From the IMG/VR virus record IMGVR_UViG_3300035180_000254: a stretch of DNA of 64,000 nt; one strand, written 5' to 3'. The number at the start of each line of letters is the position of its first letter. The first letter of the stretch is position 1. A program made the position numbers and the translations under genes. Positions 1 to 7,932 of the stretch are shown here, in pieces. The notes beneath the pieces were generated by a model. It saw only the letters and a list, made by a program, of their open reading frames with translations, did no database searches and was not told the DNA's origin. The DNA is from a virus.

Positions 1-381
1 ACCCATAGCCGCACCAGCACGACTCTTGGCAGTGTCGAACTTCTCGCTAACTGCCTTGGCTGCGCCGCCTTCGATGATCAGGTTCTGAACGAGAAAACCT
101 GCGAGCAGCGAGCCCAGCCATGTGATCGTGTAGCCGATGAAATAGATCATCCATGCGATGAAGCCGAGACCGGCGAGTGCCGTCGCCATGTTCGTGACGA
201 CCACGGTGATGGACATGCCCACGTAGAGGCCAACGCCAACGGTCAGCACATTTGCGACGAGCGCGATGACGCTGCGCTTCCAAGATGGCAGCGCAGCGTA
301 CTGTGCGTCCACGGTCTTGTTGCCGCATGCTTCAGCAGCAGCGGATGCGGTAACGGTCTTGGGTGTGCGAGATGTAGCCAT
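1..381 (-). CDS. hypothetical multi-pass membrane protein, partial (C-terminus lies beyond the window start)
   Basis: ATG at 381 (rc) lies 9 nt after AAGGAG (rc of 391-396). The frame is open to base 1, so it is absent from the ORF track. Product starts MATSRTPKTVTASAAAEACGNK, followed by long hydrophobic segments (VIALVANVLTVGVGLYVGMSITVVV; LAGLGFIAWMIYFIGYTITWLGSLLAGFLV). Confidence 0.5.
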   Translation of the reverse strand, partial: MATSRTPKTVTASAAAEACGNKTVDAQYAALPSWKRSVIALVANVLTVGVGLYVGMSITVVVTNMATALAGLGFIAWMIYFIGYTITWLGSLLAGFLVQNLIIEGGAAKAVSEKFDTAKSRAGAAMG

Positions 382-433
382 GATGAAATACTCCTTGAGT
401 TAAAGAACAAACTAACGAATGAAAGGTGTTGAG

Positions 434-457
434 ACAGACGCTGTACCCAGCGTCTGT
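434..457 (-). promoter_or_regulatory. conserved hairpin element, copy 1 (10-bp stem, 4-nt loop)
   Basis: Perfect inverted repeat ACAGACGCTG-TACC-CAGCGTCTGT abutting the stop codon of the 75-aa gene. A sister copy at 859-882 differs by a compensatory base-pair swap. Confidence 0.5.
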
Positions 458-684
458 TAAGCCACGACCTTGACGGTCTTGCCGAAGCGCATAGCTGCTT
501 CGCGCGCAACTGCGAAGTGCGCAGGCAGCTCACGCTGCGTATGCACACGTTGTGTAGGCGTGGCAATGCAGCCACGTGTTGCGAGCTTGGACTCAAGCTC
601 TGCGATGCGTGCGCGCTGGTCTGCGCACACTTGGTTAGCTACTGCGAGCTGAGCCTGCAGGCCCTTGATAGTGATGCGTGCCAT
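457..684 (-). CDS. hypothetical coiled-coil protein (75 aa)
   Basis: ORF track entry. GGAG lies upstream of the ATG at 684. Heptad-like LQAQLAVANQVCADQRARIAELESKL. Start is 3 nt from the stop of the upstream 42-aa ORF. Confidence 0.45.
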   Translation of the reverse strand: MARITIKGLQAQLAVANQVCADQRARIAELESKLATRGCIATPTQRVHTQRELPAHFAVAREAAMRFGKTVKVVA

Positions 685-686
685 GG

Positions 687-815
687 TTACGCTCCTAGTA
701 CGATGTGGTCGATGACCGCATCAGGCTGATGACCATTGATGGCAAGCTGCCACGCAATGTTGGGCTTGTAGCCGCTGGCACGAAGCCCGAAGTAAGCGCG
801 GGTGATATGTGTCAT
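687..815 (-). CDS. hypothetical small protein (42 aa)
   Basis: Internal ATG at 815 of track ORF 687..959, preceded by AGGAG (rc of 825-829). Product MTHITRAYFGLRASGYKPNIAWQLAINGHQPDAVIDHIVLGA. The longer track N-terminus looks non-coding. Confidence 0.35.
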   Translation of the reverse strand: MTHITRAYFGLRASGYKPNIAWQLAINGHQPDAVIDHIVLGA

Positions 816-858
816 GTTCCAATCTCCTATGTGTAAAGAACACAAGCAGGCAGATGAA

Positions 859-882
859 GCAGACGGTGTACTCACCGTCTGC
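859..882 (-). promoter_or_regulatory. conserved hairpin element, copy 2
   Basis: GCAGACGGTG-TACT-CACCGTCTGC, a 10-bp perfect stem. As with copy 1, it is followed on the minus strand by about 20-28 nt, then TGTTCTTTA(A)C, then an SD and ATG. Confidence 0.5.
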
Positions 883-980
883 GTGACACGAAAGAGACTC
901 CTTATTCGGGGAAAGGAGAACGAAATCCGAAGTGGGGTCGGCGAAAGGGCCACCCCCACAAGAGCCTCACGCAGCCGTCA

Positions 981-1022
981 GAATCTAAAAATTTCTCAAA
1001 AAATTTTTTCGATCTAAAATCC
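981..1022. promoter_or_regulatory. AT-rich divergent intergenic region between the leftward small genes and terS
   Basis: GAATCTAAAAATTTCTCAAAAAATTTTTTCGATCTAAAAT. Contains two ATCTAAA half-sites and an A6T6 palindrome (998-1009). It is the only non-coding AT-rich stretch between the divergent gene sets. Confidence 0.35.
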
Positions 1023-1028
1023 CCACCC

Positions 1029-1634
1029 ATGGCACTCATCCGCTCAGAATCCCCGTCCGACACAGCTCGCCGCCGAGCCAAAGGCACTGCTGCCCTGGTC
1101 GAACGCAAGAAGAAGCTCCTCTCCGGTGAAATCGTCTCCGCGAAAACAGTCGCCGACCTCTCACCCAAGCAGAAGCTGTTCATCAAGTACGTGGCCGAGG
1201 GCGACTCCGGGTCTGCCGCTGCCGAACGTGCTGGCTGCACCCCCAGCTCCTGCCGCTCCATCGCTCACCAGTGGCGCTCCATCCCTGTGATTCAGCAGGA
1301 GATCGCCAAGGCCCAGGCCGCGTACGCCGAGGCCTCCCAGATGACCAAAAAGAAGGTCATGGACATGCTGATTGAGAGCTACGACATGGCCAAGCTCATG
1401 TCTGAGCCCGCCACCATGGTCAGCGCCGCCCGTGAAGTGGGCAAGCTGTGCGGCTTCTACGAGCCGAAAAAGATCGACCTGAATGTGAATGTGAACGGTT
1501 CTGTCGTGTTGGAAAACATGAACAAGATGAGCGACGCCGAACTCCTCAGAATCATCAGCGAAGCGTCCGAGCACGGCGTGGAAGAAGCAGGCCTCCTGCT
1601 GGACCACGACGATGGCGACACAGCCCCCGAGTAA
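1029..1634 (+). CDS. terS: terminase small subunit
   Basis: 201 aa with a basic N-terminus and an HTH-like LSPKQKLFIKYVAEGDSGSAAAERAGC, typical of Terminase_2-type small subunits. Overlaps and directly precedes TerL. Confidence 0.8.
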   Translation: MALIRSESPSDTARRRAKGTAALVERKKKLLSGEIVSAKTVADLSPKQKLFIKYVAEGDSGSAAAERAGCTPSSCRSIAHQWRSIPVIQQEIAKAQAAYAEASQMTKKKVMDMLIESYDMAKLMSEPATMVSAAREVGKLCGFYEPKKIDLNVNVNGSVVLENMNKMSDAELLRIISEASEHGVEEAGLLLDHDDGDTAPE

Positions 1635-3291
1635 AGCAGCCCTTCTCAAAGCCCAAGCCGAGCTGGCCGAGCGCCTGCTCGCCAAGCGCAAGCTCCTGCC
1701 GTTCGTCAAGCGGTTCAATCCGAAGTACCTGGACGGCTGGGTCCACCGTGACATCTGCCGCCGCCTGGAGCGGTTCTCCCAGCAGGTCGCCGAGGGCAAG
1801 TCCCCGCGCCTGATGCTGCTGATGCCACCGCGCCACGGCAAGTCTGAGTTGGTCTCCCGTAACTTCCCTGCCTGGCACATGGGCCAGTACCCTGATCATG
1901 AGTTCATTGCGTGCTCTTACAACCTGTCTCTGGCTATGGATTTCTCCCGCAAGGTCAAGCAGATCATCTCTGATCCCTTGTACGAGAACGTCTTTGATAC
2001 CCGCCTGGACCCAAACAACCAGTCGACTGAGTCATGGGGCGTCCAGGGCCAGCGTGGAGGCTATGTGGCTGCGGGTATCGGCGGACCTATTACGGGTAAA
2101 GGTGCACACTGCCTGGTGATCGACGACCCGATCAAGAACGCCGAGGAGGCTGACTCCGCAGACATCCGAGAGAAGATTTGGGAGTGGTATCTCTCCACCG
2201 CGTACTCGCGCCTGGCCCCTGGCGGCGGCGTGCTGATCATCCAGACCTGGTGGCACGACGACGACCTCTCGGGTCGACTGCAGATCATGATGCGTGAGGG
2301 TCATGACGACCAGTTCGTGGACCAGTTTGAGGTGATCAAGTACCCGGCCATCGCCGAGGCAGACGAGTGGCTGAACGCCACCACCGACCTGATTGAGTAC
2401 GTCCACCACACCGAGGACCTGGCCGCAGCGGTGAACACCCACGGCGAGGCCACAGCCGTCAAGGACAGCCGCCTGCGCGCCCATGTGCGAGCCATGGACC
2501 AGGAGGTGGACACCACCAACATGACCCTCCTGCGCGTGAAGGGCGAGGCCCTGCACCCCGCGCGCTACGACCTGGACAAGCTGAACCGGATCAAAGCCCA
2601 GAACAGGGGAGGGCGCTGGTGGTCGGCCCTGTACCAGCAGAACCCCGTGCCGGCCGATGGCTCCTACTTCACCAAGGACCAGTTCCGCCGCTCGCAGCCC
2701 CCGCGCCTGGACAAGTCGTACGTCTACATCGCCTGGGACTTTGCGATCTCTGAAAAGAAACAGAGTGACTACACGGTCGGCACCGTCGGCCTGCAGGACG
2801 AGGACGACGTGATCCATGTGGTGGACCAAGTGCGCTTTAAGAGCGGAAACGCCTTCTTTATCGTCGAATCCATCCTGAATCTCGCACTCAAGTGGCATAA
2901 TCCCACCCTGACACTGGGCTTCGAGGACGGTCAGATTTGGCGCGCAATCGAAGCTCTGCTTAAGAAACGCATGAGAGAGCGGAAGTTTTACCCCTCCATC
3001 GTGGTCCTGAAGCCCATCACCGACAAGATGGCCCGCGCAAGACCCTTGCAGGGTCGGATGCAGCAGGGGATGGTCAGCTTCAACACGAATGGCGAGTGGT
3101 TTGACTCCCTCAGACAAGAAATGCTGCGGTTTCCAGCCGGGGCGCACGACGACCAAGTGGACTCGCTGGCGTGGGTGACCCAGATGGTCATCGGACGCGA
3201 GGCTCCACGCAAAACTGAGGTGAAACCCATGAAATCCTGGCGCGACAAACTCCGACTTGGCAACACCTCCGGCTCGGCCATGACCGCCTAA
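1612..3291 (+). CDS. terL: terminase large subunit
   Basis: 559 aa. Walker A-like MPPRHGKSE, Walker B LVIDDP, and nuclease-domain motifs IIQTWWHDDDL and GAHDDQVDSLAW. Confidence 0.95.
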   Translation: MATQPPSKAALLKAQAELAERLLAKRKLLPFVKRFNPKYLDGWVHRDICRRLERFSQQVAEGKSPRLMLLMPPRHGKSELVSRNFPAWHMGQYPDHEFIACSYNLSLAMDFSRKVKQIISDPLYENVFDTRLDPNNQSTESWGVQGQRGGYVAAGIGGPITGKGAHCLVIDDPIKNAEEADSADIREKIWEWYLSTAYSRLAPGGGVLIIQTWWHDDDLSGRLQIMMREGHDDQFVDQFEVIKYPAIAEADEWLNATTDLIEYVHHTEDLAAAVNTHGEATAVKDSRLRAHVRAMDQEVDTTNMTLLRVKGEALHPARYDLDKLNRIKAQNRGGRWWSALYQQNPVPADGSYFTKDQFRRSQPPRLDKSYVYIAWDFAISEKKQSDYTVGTVGLQDEDDVIHVVDQVRFKSGNAFFIVESILNLALKWHNPTLTLGFEDGQIWRAIEALLKKRMRERKFYPSIVVLKPITDKMARARPLQGRMQQGMVSFNTNGEWFDSLRQEMLRFPAGAHDDQVDSLAWVTQMVIGREAPRKTEVKPMKSWRDKLRLGNTSGSAMTA

Positions 3292-3305
3292 CCCGCCTCA
3301 CCACC

Positions 3306-3671
3306 ATGGCCAGCTCCTGCCCCACCTTCGTCGCCGAGGCCTTCGCGCTTCGCACTGCGATTCACTTCGCCCACCTCTCCTCCAAGTCCTACAGCGAGCA
3401 CATCGCCCTCAACGAGTTCTACGACGGCATCCTGGAGCTGGCCGACAAGTACGCCGAGGTGTACATGGGCCTGACCAAGCAGGTGCCTGTCGCCTCTTGG
3501 CCCCGCGTCGAGCTGCCCACAGGCACACCGGCGGAGATGCTGGAGGAGTTCTTGGAGGACATCGAAGAGGAAGAGGAGGAAGACAGCGACCACCAGTCGC
3601 TGCTGAACATCCTGGCCGAGATGGAAGAGCTGACCGCCCAGACCCTCTACAAACTCAAGAACCTGAAGTGA
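3306..3671 (+). CDS. hypothetical protein, possibly a Dps/ferritin-like helical bundle with an acidic tail
   Basis: 121 aa. ALRTAIHFAHLSSKSYSEHIALNEFYDGILELADKYAE resembles the Dps helix A/B pattern. Contains an EEEEEEDSD run. No SD. Confidence 0.5.
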   Translation: MASSCPTFVAEAFALRTAIHFAHLSSKSYSEHIALNEFYDGILELADKYAEVYMGLTKQVPVASWPRVELPTGTPAEMLEEFLEDIEEEEEEDSDHQSLLNILAEMEELTAQTLYKLKNLK

Positions 3672-3677
3672 CACACC

Positions 3678-5834
3678 ATGCCCATCAATACCGACCTCGC
3701 CAAGAAAATATGGACCCGGTACACCTGGGCACGTGACAACGGGCACAGCAAGTACGTCGAGAAGGCCGAAAAGTGTGACCGCTTTTTCATGGGCGACCAG
3801 TGGGACCCCACTGACCGCGCCAAGCTGGAGCTGGTGCGCCGCCCAGCGCTCACGCTGAACAAGATCATGCCCACGGTGGCCAACATCATGGGCGAGCAGA
3901 TTCAGGCCCGTGCCGAGACCAGCTTCCGACCCCGCGCCGGTGCGCCCAGCGAGACCGCTGACGTGCTGAACAAGGTCTACAAGCAGATCATGGACAACAA
4001 CCAGATGGCCTGGAAGCGTTCGGACATGTTCGCCGACGGGATCATCGGCTCGCGCGGCTTTTTGGACGTGCGGATTGACTACAACGACGCCATGCAGGGC
4101 GAGGTGCGGATTGACAATCTAAACTCTAAAAACGTGATCATCGACCCGGACGGCGAAGAGTACGACCCGGACACCTGGGGCGAGGTTTTCACCACGAAGT
4201 GGGTCACAGCTGACGACATCGCCGTCCTCTACAACAAGGAAGACGCCGAGCTGCTGCGAAACCGCGACCAGAGTTACTTCCCCTACGGCTACGACTCCAT
4301 CCAGGCCTTCCGGGACCGTTTTGGCGACCGTTTTAACCCGATGTACACAGGCGACTACGACAATAGCAACGTGATGCGCAACATCCGCATCATCGACCGC
4401 CAGTACCGCGTGCTGGACAAGCAGAAGCACTTCGTGAGCCAGGACGGCGACATGCGCCCGATCCCAGACGAGTTCGACCGCAACAAGATCGCCATGTTCG
4501 TGGACCAGTTGGGCTTCAAGGTGGTCAGCAAGCTCGTACGTCGCATCCGCTGGACGGTGATCGCCGACAGCGTCGTGCTGCACGACGACTTCAGCCCCTA
4601 CAAGCACTTCACCGTGGTGCCGTTCTTCCCCCACTTTCGCCGTGGCACGACCATCGGCCTGGTGGAGAACCTGATCGGGCCTCAGGAGCTGCTGAACAAG
4701 ATCTCCAGCCAGGAGCTGCACGTGGTGAACACCACGGCCAACAGCGGCTACAAGGTGAAGGCCGGTGCCCTGTCCAACATGACCCCCGAGGAGCTGGAGC
4801 AGAAGGGTGCCCAGACCGGCATCGTGATCGAGGTGAACGGCGACCCGGACAAGGATGTGCAGAAGATCGCCCCGAATCAGGTGCCCCAAGGCCTGGACCG
4901 CATCAGCTACAAGGCTGAGGAGAGCATCAAGACCATCTCGGGCGTCTCCGACAGCATGCAGGGCATGGACCGCGCCGACGTGGCTGCGAAGGCCATCCAG
5001 CAGAAGCGCCAGGCAGGCAGCACGAACCTGGTCAAGCCGCTGGACAACCTGACCCGCACCGACTACATCCTCGCGCGCAACGTGCTGGACTTGGTGCAGG
5101 AGTTCTACACCGAAGAACGCCTGATGACCATCACCCACGACCAGGCCACCGGTGAGACTGAGACCTTCGCGGTGAACCAGGCCACGCCCGAGGGCCAGGT
5201 GATCAACGACCTGACCTTGGGCGAGTACGACGTGGTGATCACCAGCATCCCGGCCAAGGAGTCCATGGAGGACAGCCAGTTCGAGCAGGCCATCAGCATG
5301 AAGGAGATGGGCATCGCCATCCCCGACAGCGTGCTGATCGACTCCAGCCGCCTGGTGAACAAGAAGGACATCATCAAGCAGATGCAAGCGGCCAGCCAGT
5401 CGCCCGAGGCTCAGAAGCAGCAGCAGCTGCAGCTCTCGGCTCAGGAAGCCGAGGTGGCCAAGACCCAGGCCGACGCAGCCCACAAGCAGGCCGACAGCGG
5501 CCTGAAGCAGGCCAAGACGGTGCAGACCCAGGTCGAGACCCAGATCGCTGCCCGTGGCGAGCCCGACGACGGCTCCAGCCAGGCCAAGATGGCTGAGGCC
5601 GAGACCAAGCACGCCCAGGCCGAGCACGAGGCTGATCTGAAGGAGCGCGAGTTCCAGCGCGACACCCAGCTGAAGTTCATGGAGATGGGACTGCGTCGTG
5701 AAGAGTCCCACAACAAGACGGCCTTGCAGGCCGACGATTTGGCACAGAAGCGCGAGATGCAACGCGCGGAGCAGGCAAAAGCAGCGGCTGCATCCGCCGA
5801 GAGACCCACAGCATCACAAGGAGCACCTAAATGA
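3678..5834 (+). CDS. portal protein
   Basis: 718 aa, positioned right after the terminase. N-terminal DRFFMGDQWDP...RPALTLNKI pattern is podovirus/P22-type. Long Q/A/E/K coiled-coil C-terminal tail. Confidence 0.85.
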   Translation: MPINTDLAKKIWTRYTWARDNGHSKYVEKAEKCDRFFMGDQWDPTDRAKLELVRRPALTLNKIMPTVANIMGEQIQARAETSFRPRAGAPSETADVLNKVYKQIMDNNQMAWKRSDMFADGIIGSRGFLDVRIDYNDAMQGEVRIDNLNSKNVIIDPDGEEYDPDTWGEVFTTKWVTADDIAVLYNKEDAELLRNRDQSYFPYGYDSIQAFRDRFGDRFNPMYTGDYDNSNVMRNIRIIDRQYRVLDKQKHFVSQDGDMRPIPDEFDRNKIAMFVDQLGFKVVSKLVRRIRWTVIADSVVLHDDFSPYKHFTVVPFFPHFRRGTTIGLVENLIGPQELLNKISSQELHVVNTTANSGYKVKAGALSNMTPEELEQKGAQTGIVIEVNGDPDKDVQKIAPNQVPQGLDRISYKAEESIKTISGVSDSMQGMDRADVAAKAIQQKRQAGSTNLVKPLDNLTRTDYILARNVLDLVQEFYTEERLMTITHDQATGETETFAVNQATPEGQVINDLTLGEYDVVITSIPAKESMEDSQFEQAISMKEMGIAIPDSVLIDSSRLVNKKDIIKQMQAASQSPEAQKQQQLQLSAQEAEVAKTQADAAHKQADSGLKQAKTVQTQVETQIAARGEPDDGSSQAKMAEAETKHAQAEHEADLKEREFQRDTQLKFMEMGLRREESHNKTALQADDLAQKREMQRAEQAKAAAASAERPTASQGAPK
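4117..4138 (+). promoter_or_regulatory. intragenic copy of the AT-rich 22-bp element (inside the portal gene)
   Basis: ATCTAAACTCTAAAAACGTGAT. The 15-mer AATCTAAACTCTAAA at 4116-4130 is identical to 35187-35201. Encodes NLNSKN. Confidence 0.3.
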
Positions 5835-6853
5835 GTATCTTGCTGAAACACCTCCTCCACCCGTACATGGCCCCAGCCGGGGACGCAGACGGTGGCGGCG
5901 GGGCCACGGACCGTGGCGACGACTTCACCCCCACTGACGAGGACCTTCACGAAGACGCGAACAGCGCTGCAGCCCAGCTCGCAGCCGCTGAGACCGCAGC
6001 CAAGGGCGAGGGCGGCGATGACGACGTGGACCCTGACGCCCCTGAAGCGTCCGCCGACTCGGAGACCAAGACCAAGACCAAGACCAAGGACTCCCGCATC
6101 CCCCTGAGCCGCCACCAGGAAATCCTGGCCCGCGAGCGTGAGCAGCGCGCCGCCGCCGAGGAGCGCCTGGCCCAGTACGAGAAGGGCCAGCAGGTCGCCA
6201 CGATTAACGAGGACCTGTCCAAGCTGGAAGACAGCGTGCTGGCCATGGAGAAGGAGTACACCAAGCTCCTGGCCGACGGCGAGATCGACAAGGCCACCGA
6301 GAAAATGACCGCGATCCGCCGCGCCGAGCGCCAGATCACCGAGACCAAGGCCGAATACCGCAGCCAGGTCGCCATCGCCCAGGCCACCGAGCAGGCCCGC
6401 TACGACACCGCGCTGGAGCGCATTGAGTCCAACTTCCCCGTACTGAACCCGGACGACGACGCCTTCGACAAGGCCGTGCTGGGCGAGGTGGTGGAGTGGA
6501 AGCTGTTCTACGAGAAGCAGCGCAACCTGACCCCCACCAAGGCCCTGCAGGCTGCGGTGAAGAAGGTCGTGGGTGCCGAGACCAAGGCCCAGGAAAGGGC
6601 CACCGAGGTCGCGCCCAAGGTGGACGCAGCTGCCGTGGCGAAGGACGTGGCCAAGGAGCGCAAGGCCGCTGCCGCAGGCAAGACCGCCGACGCGGTGAAC
6701 AAGACCCCGGCCAGCACCAACAAGGTCGGCCTGGACAGCGACAAAGCTGGCGGTGCGCTCAGCACCAAGGACGTGATGAAGATGTCCCAAGACGAGTTCA
6801 AGAACCTGCCTGACGACGTGCTGGCCCGCATGCGCGGCGACACATTCGCTTAA
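5831..6853 (+). CDS. putative scaffolding protein
   Basis: 340 aa, acidic and A/E/K-rich coiled-coil composition. Lies between the portal and capsid genes. Start overlaps the portal stop. Confidence 0.65.
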   Translation: MSILLKHLLHPYMAPAGDADGGGGATDRGDDFTPTDEDLHEDANSAAAQLAAAETAAKGEGGDDDVDPDAPEASADSETKTKTKTKDSRIPLSRHQEILAREREQRAAAEERLAQYEKGQQVATINEDLSKLEDSVLAMEKEYTKLLADGEIDKATEKMTAIRRAERQITETKAEYRSQVAIAQATEQARYDTALERIESNFPVLNPDDDAFDKAVLGEVVEWKLFYEKQRNLTPTKALQAAVKKVVGAETKAQERATEVAPKVDAAAVAKDVAKERKAAAAGKTADAVNKTPASTNKVGLDSDKAGGALSTKDVMKMSQDEFKNLPDDVLARMRGDTFA

Positions 6854-6871
6854 GCCCCAAGGAGAAACAAC

Positions 6872-7231
6872 ATGATCAAACCAACCGTAGGCCGCAAGGT
6901 CTGGTATCGCCACGACAACGCGCCCATATCGCTCGGGGGCGGCCACTTCTTGCGCCCCGCGCAGATTTCTGACCAGCCGATGGACGCGACTGTCGTGTAC
7001 GTCTGGGACGACCGCATGGTGAACCTCCACGTCATGGACCACCACGGCAACAGCTTCAACCGCACCAGCGTGAAGCTGCTGCAAGACGGCGACGTTCCTC
7101 CCATGGGCAGCGGTTACGCCGAATGGATGCCCTACCAGCAGGGCCAGGCCAAGGCCGCAGGCGAAGCGCCCGTCGTGGCCCAAGACGCCTCCGTGCAGCT
7201 CGTCGGCGTAGAAATGTCGGGTGAAGCATGA
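6872..7231 (+). CDS. hypothetical protein
   Basis: 119 aa. Strong SD (AAGGAG) 7 nt upstream. Coding-like composition. Confidence 0.65.
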   Translation: MIKPTVGRKVWYRHDNAPISLGGGHFLRPAQISDQPMDATVVYVWDDRMVNLHVMDHHGNSFNRTSVKLLQDGDVPPMGSGYAEWMPYQQGQAKAAGEAPVVAQDASVQLVGVEMSGEA

Positions 7232-7587
7232 AGTCCGCAGTCCATTCCATCGCCCGCGTCTGCCATGAGGTGAACGCGGCCTACTGCGCCGCCCTCGGTG
7301 ACAAATCCCAGCCCACGTGGGAAGACGCACCCGAGTGGCAGAAGAACTCGGCCATCGCCGGCGTCGAGCTGCACCTGGCCAACCCGGACCTGGGCGTCGA
7401 CGCCAGCCACCAAGCGTGGATGGAGCAGAAGCGCCAAGAGGGCTGGACCTACGGCCCGGTCAAAGACTCGGTGAAGAAGGAGCACCCCTGCTACGTGCCC
7501 TACGCTGACCTGCCGACCGAGCAGAAAGCCAAGGACTTTATTTTTCGCGGTGTCGTGCACGCCATCGCGCGCGAAATGGCACGCTGA
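7228..7587 (+). CDS. RyR (ryanodine-receptor repeat) domain protein
   Basis: 119 aa. ARVCHEVNAAYC...WEDAPEWQKNS...GWTYGPVKD..KKEHPCYVPYADLPTEQKAKD matches the bacterial/phage RyR-domain pattern as I recall it. Confidence 0.7.
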   Translation: MKSAVHSIARVCHEVNAAYCAALGDKSQPTWEDAPEWQKNSAIAGVELHLANPDLGVDASHQAWMEQKRQEGWTYGPVKDSVKKEHPCYVPYADLPTEQKAKDFIFRGVVHAIAREMAR

Positions 7588-7629
7588 ACACTCCACAGCC
7601 GTCTCCCTGCGGAGGTGCCATGCTTGAAG

Positions 7630-7665
7630 CCCACGGACTCAAAAGGTCCGTGGGTCTTTTTATTT
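7630..7665 (+). terminator. rho-independent terminator
   Basis: CCCACGGAC-TCAAAAG-GTCCGTGGG (9-bp stem) followed by TCTTTTTATTT. Confidence 0.7.
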
Positions 7666-7672
7666 CCGTTCG

Positions 7673-7687
7673 ATCTAATTTAGATTA
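7673..7687 (+). promoter_or_regulatory. palindromic core copy of the AT-rich element
   Basis: ATCTAATTTAGATTA. The 14-mer CGATCTAATTTAGA at 7671-7684 is identical to 52640-52653. Lies just after the terminator. Confidence 0.4.
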
Positions 7688-7780
7688 GGGTAAAGGTCGG
7701 CTAGGGATGCAACCCGAGAAGCGACTTATCATCGCCTGCCATTTCCTTCAGATAGCCCTCCGATAAAGGTGCACATGATC

Positions 7781-7802
7781 ATCTAAGCTCTAAAATAGAT
7801 TA
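7781..7802 (+). promoter_or_regulatory. AT-rich 22-bp element (candidate late/capsid promoter)
   Basis: ATCTAAGCTCTAAAATAGATTA, about 130 nt upstream of the capsid ATG in a 267-bp non-coding gap. Confidence 0.5.
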
Positions 7803-7932
7803 CACTTCGTTCTATTCGATTTAGGCAGGTTCTCGATAGCAACCTCCACCCTCGTTGGTCGAGACGACACATCGGCAAGAAGCAGCGGAAACGCAATTTT
7901 TTTGTTTGATCGTTTTGAAAAGGAGAGCCGCT

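Noticed and set aside
687-959. 90-aa track ORF
   Set aside because: The N-terminal two thirds are Ser/Pro/Arg-rich and span the hairpin at 859-882. Only the last 42 codons, starting from an SD-preceded ATG, look coding.
7855-7932. Track start (7855) for the major capsid ORF
   Set aside because: The 26-codon extension (MVETTHRQEAAETQFFCLIVLKRRAA) lacks an SD and runs through the AT-rich leader. The ATG at 7933 follows AAAGGAGAG.
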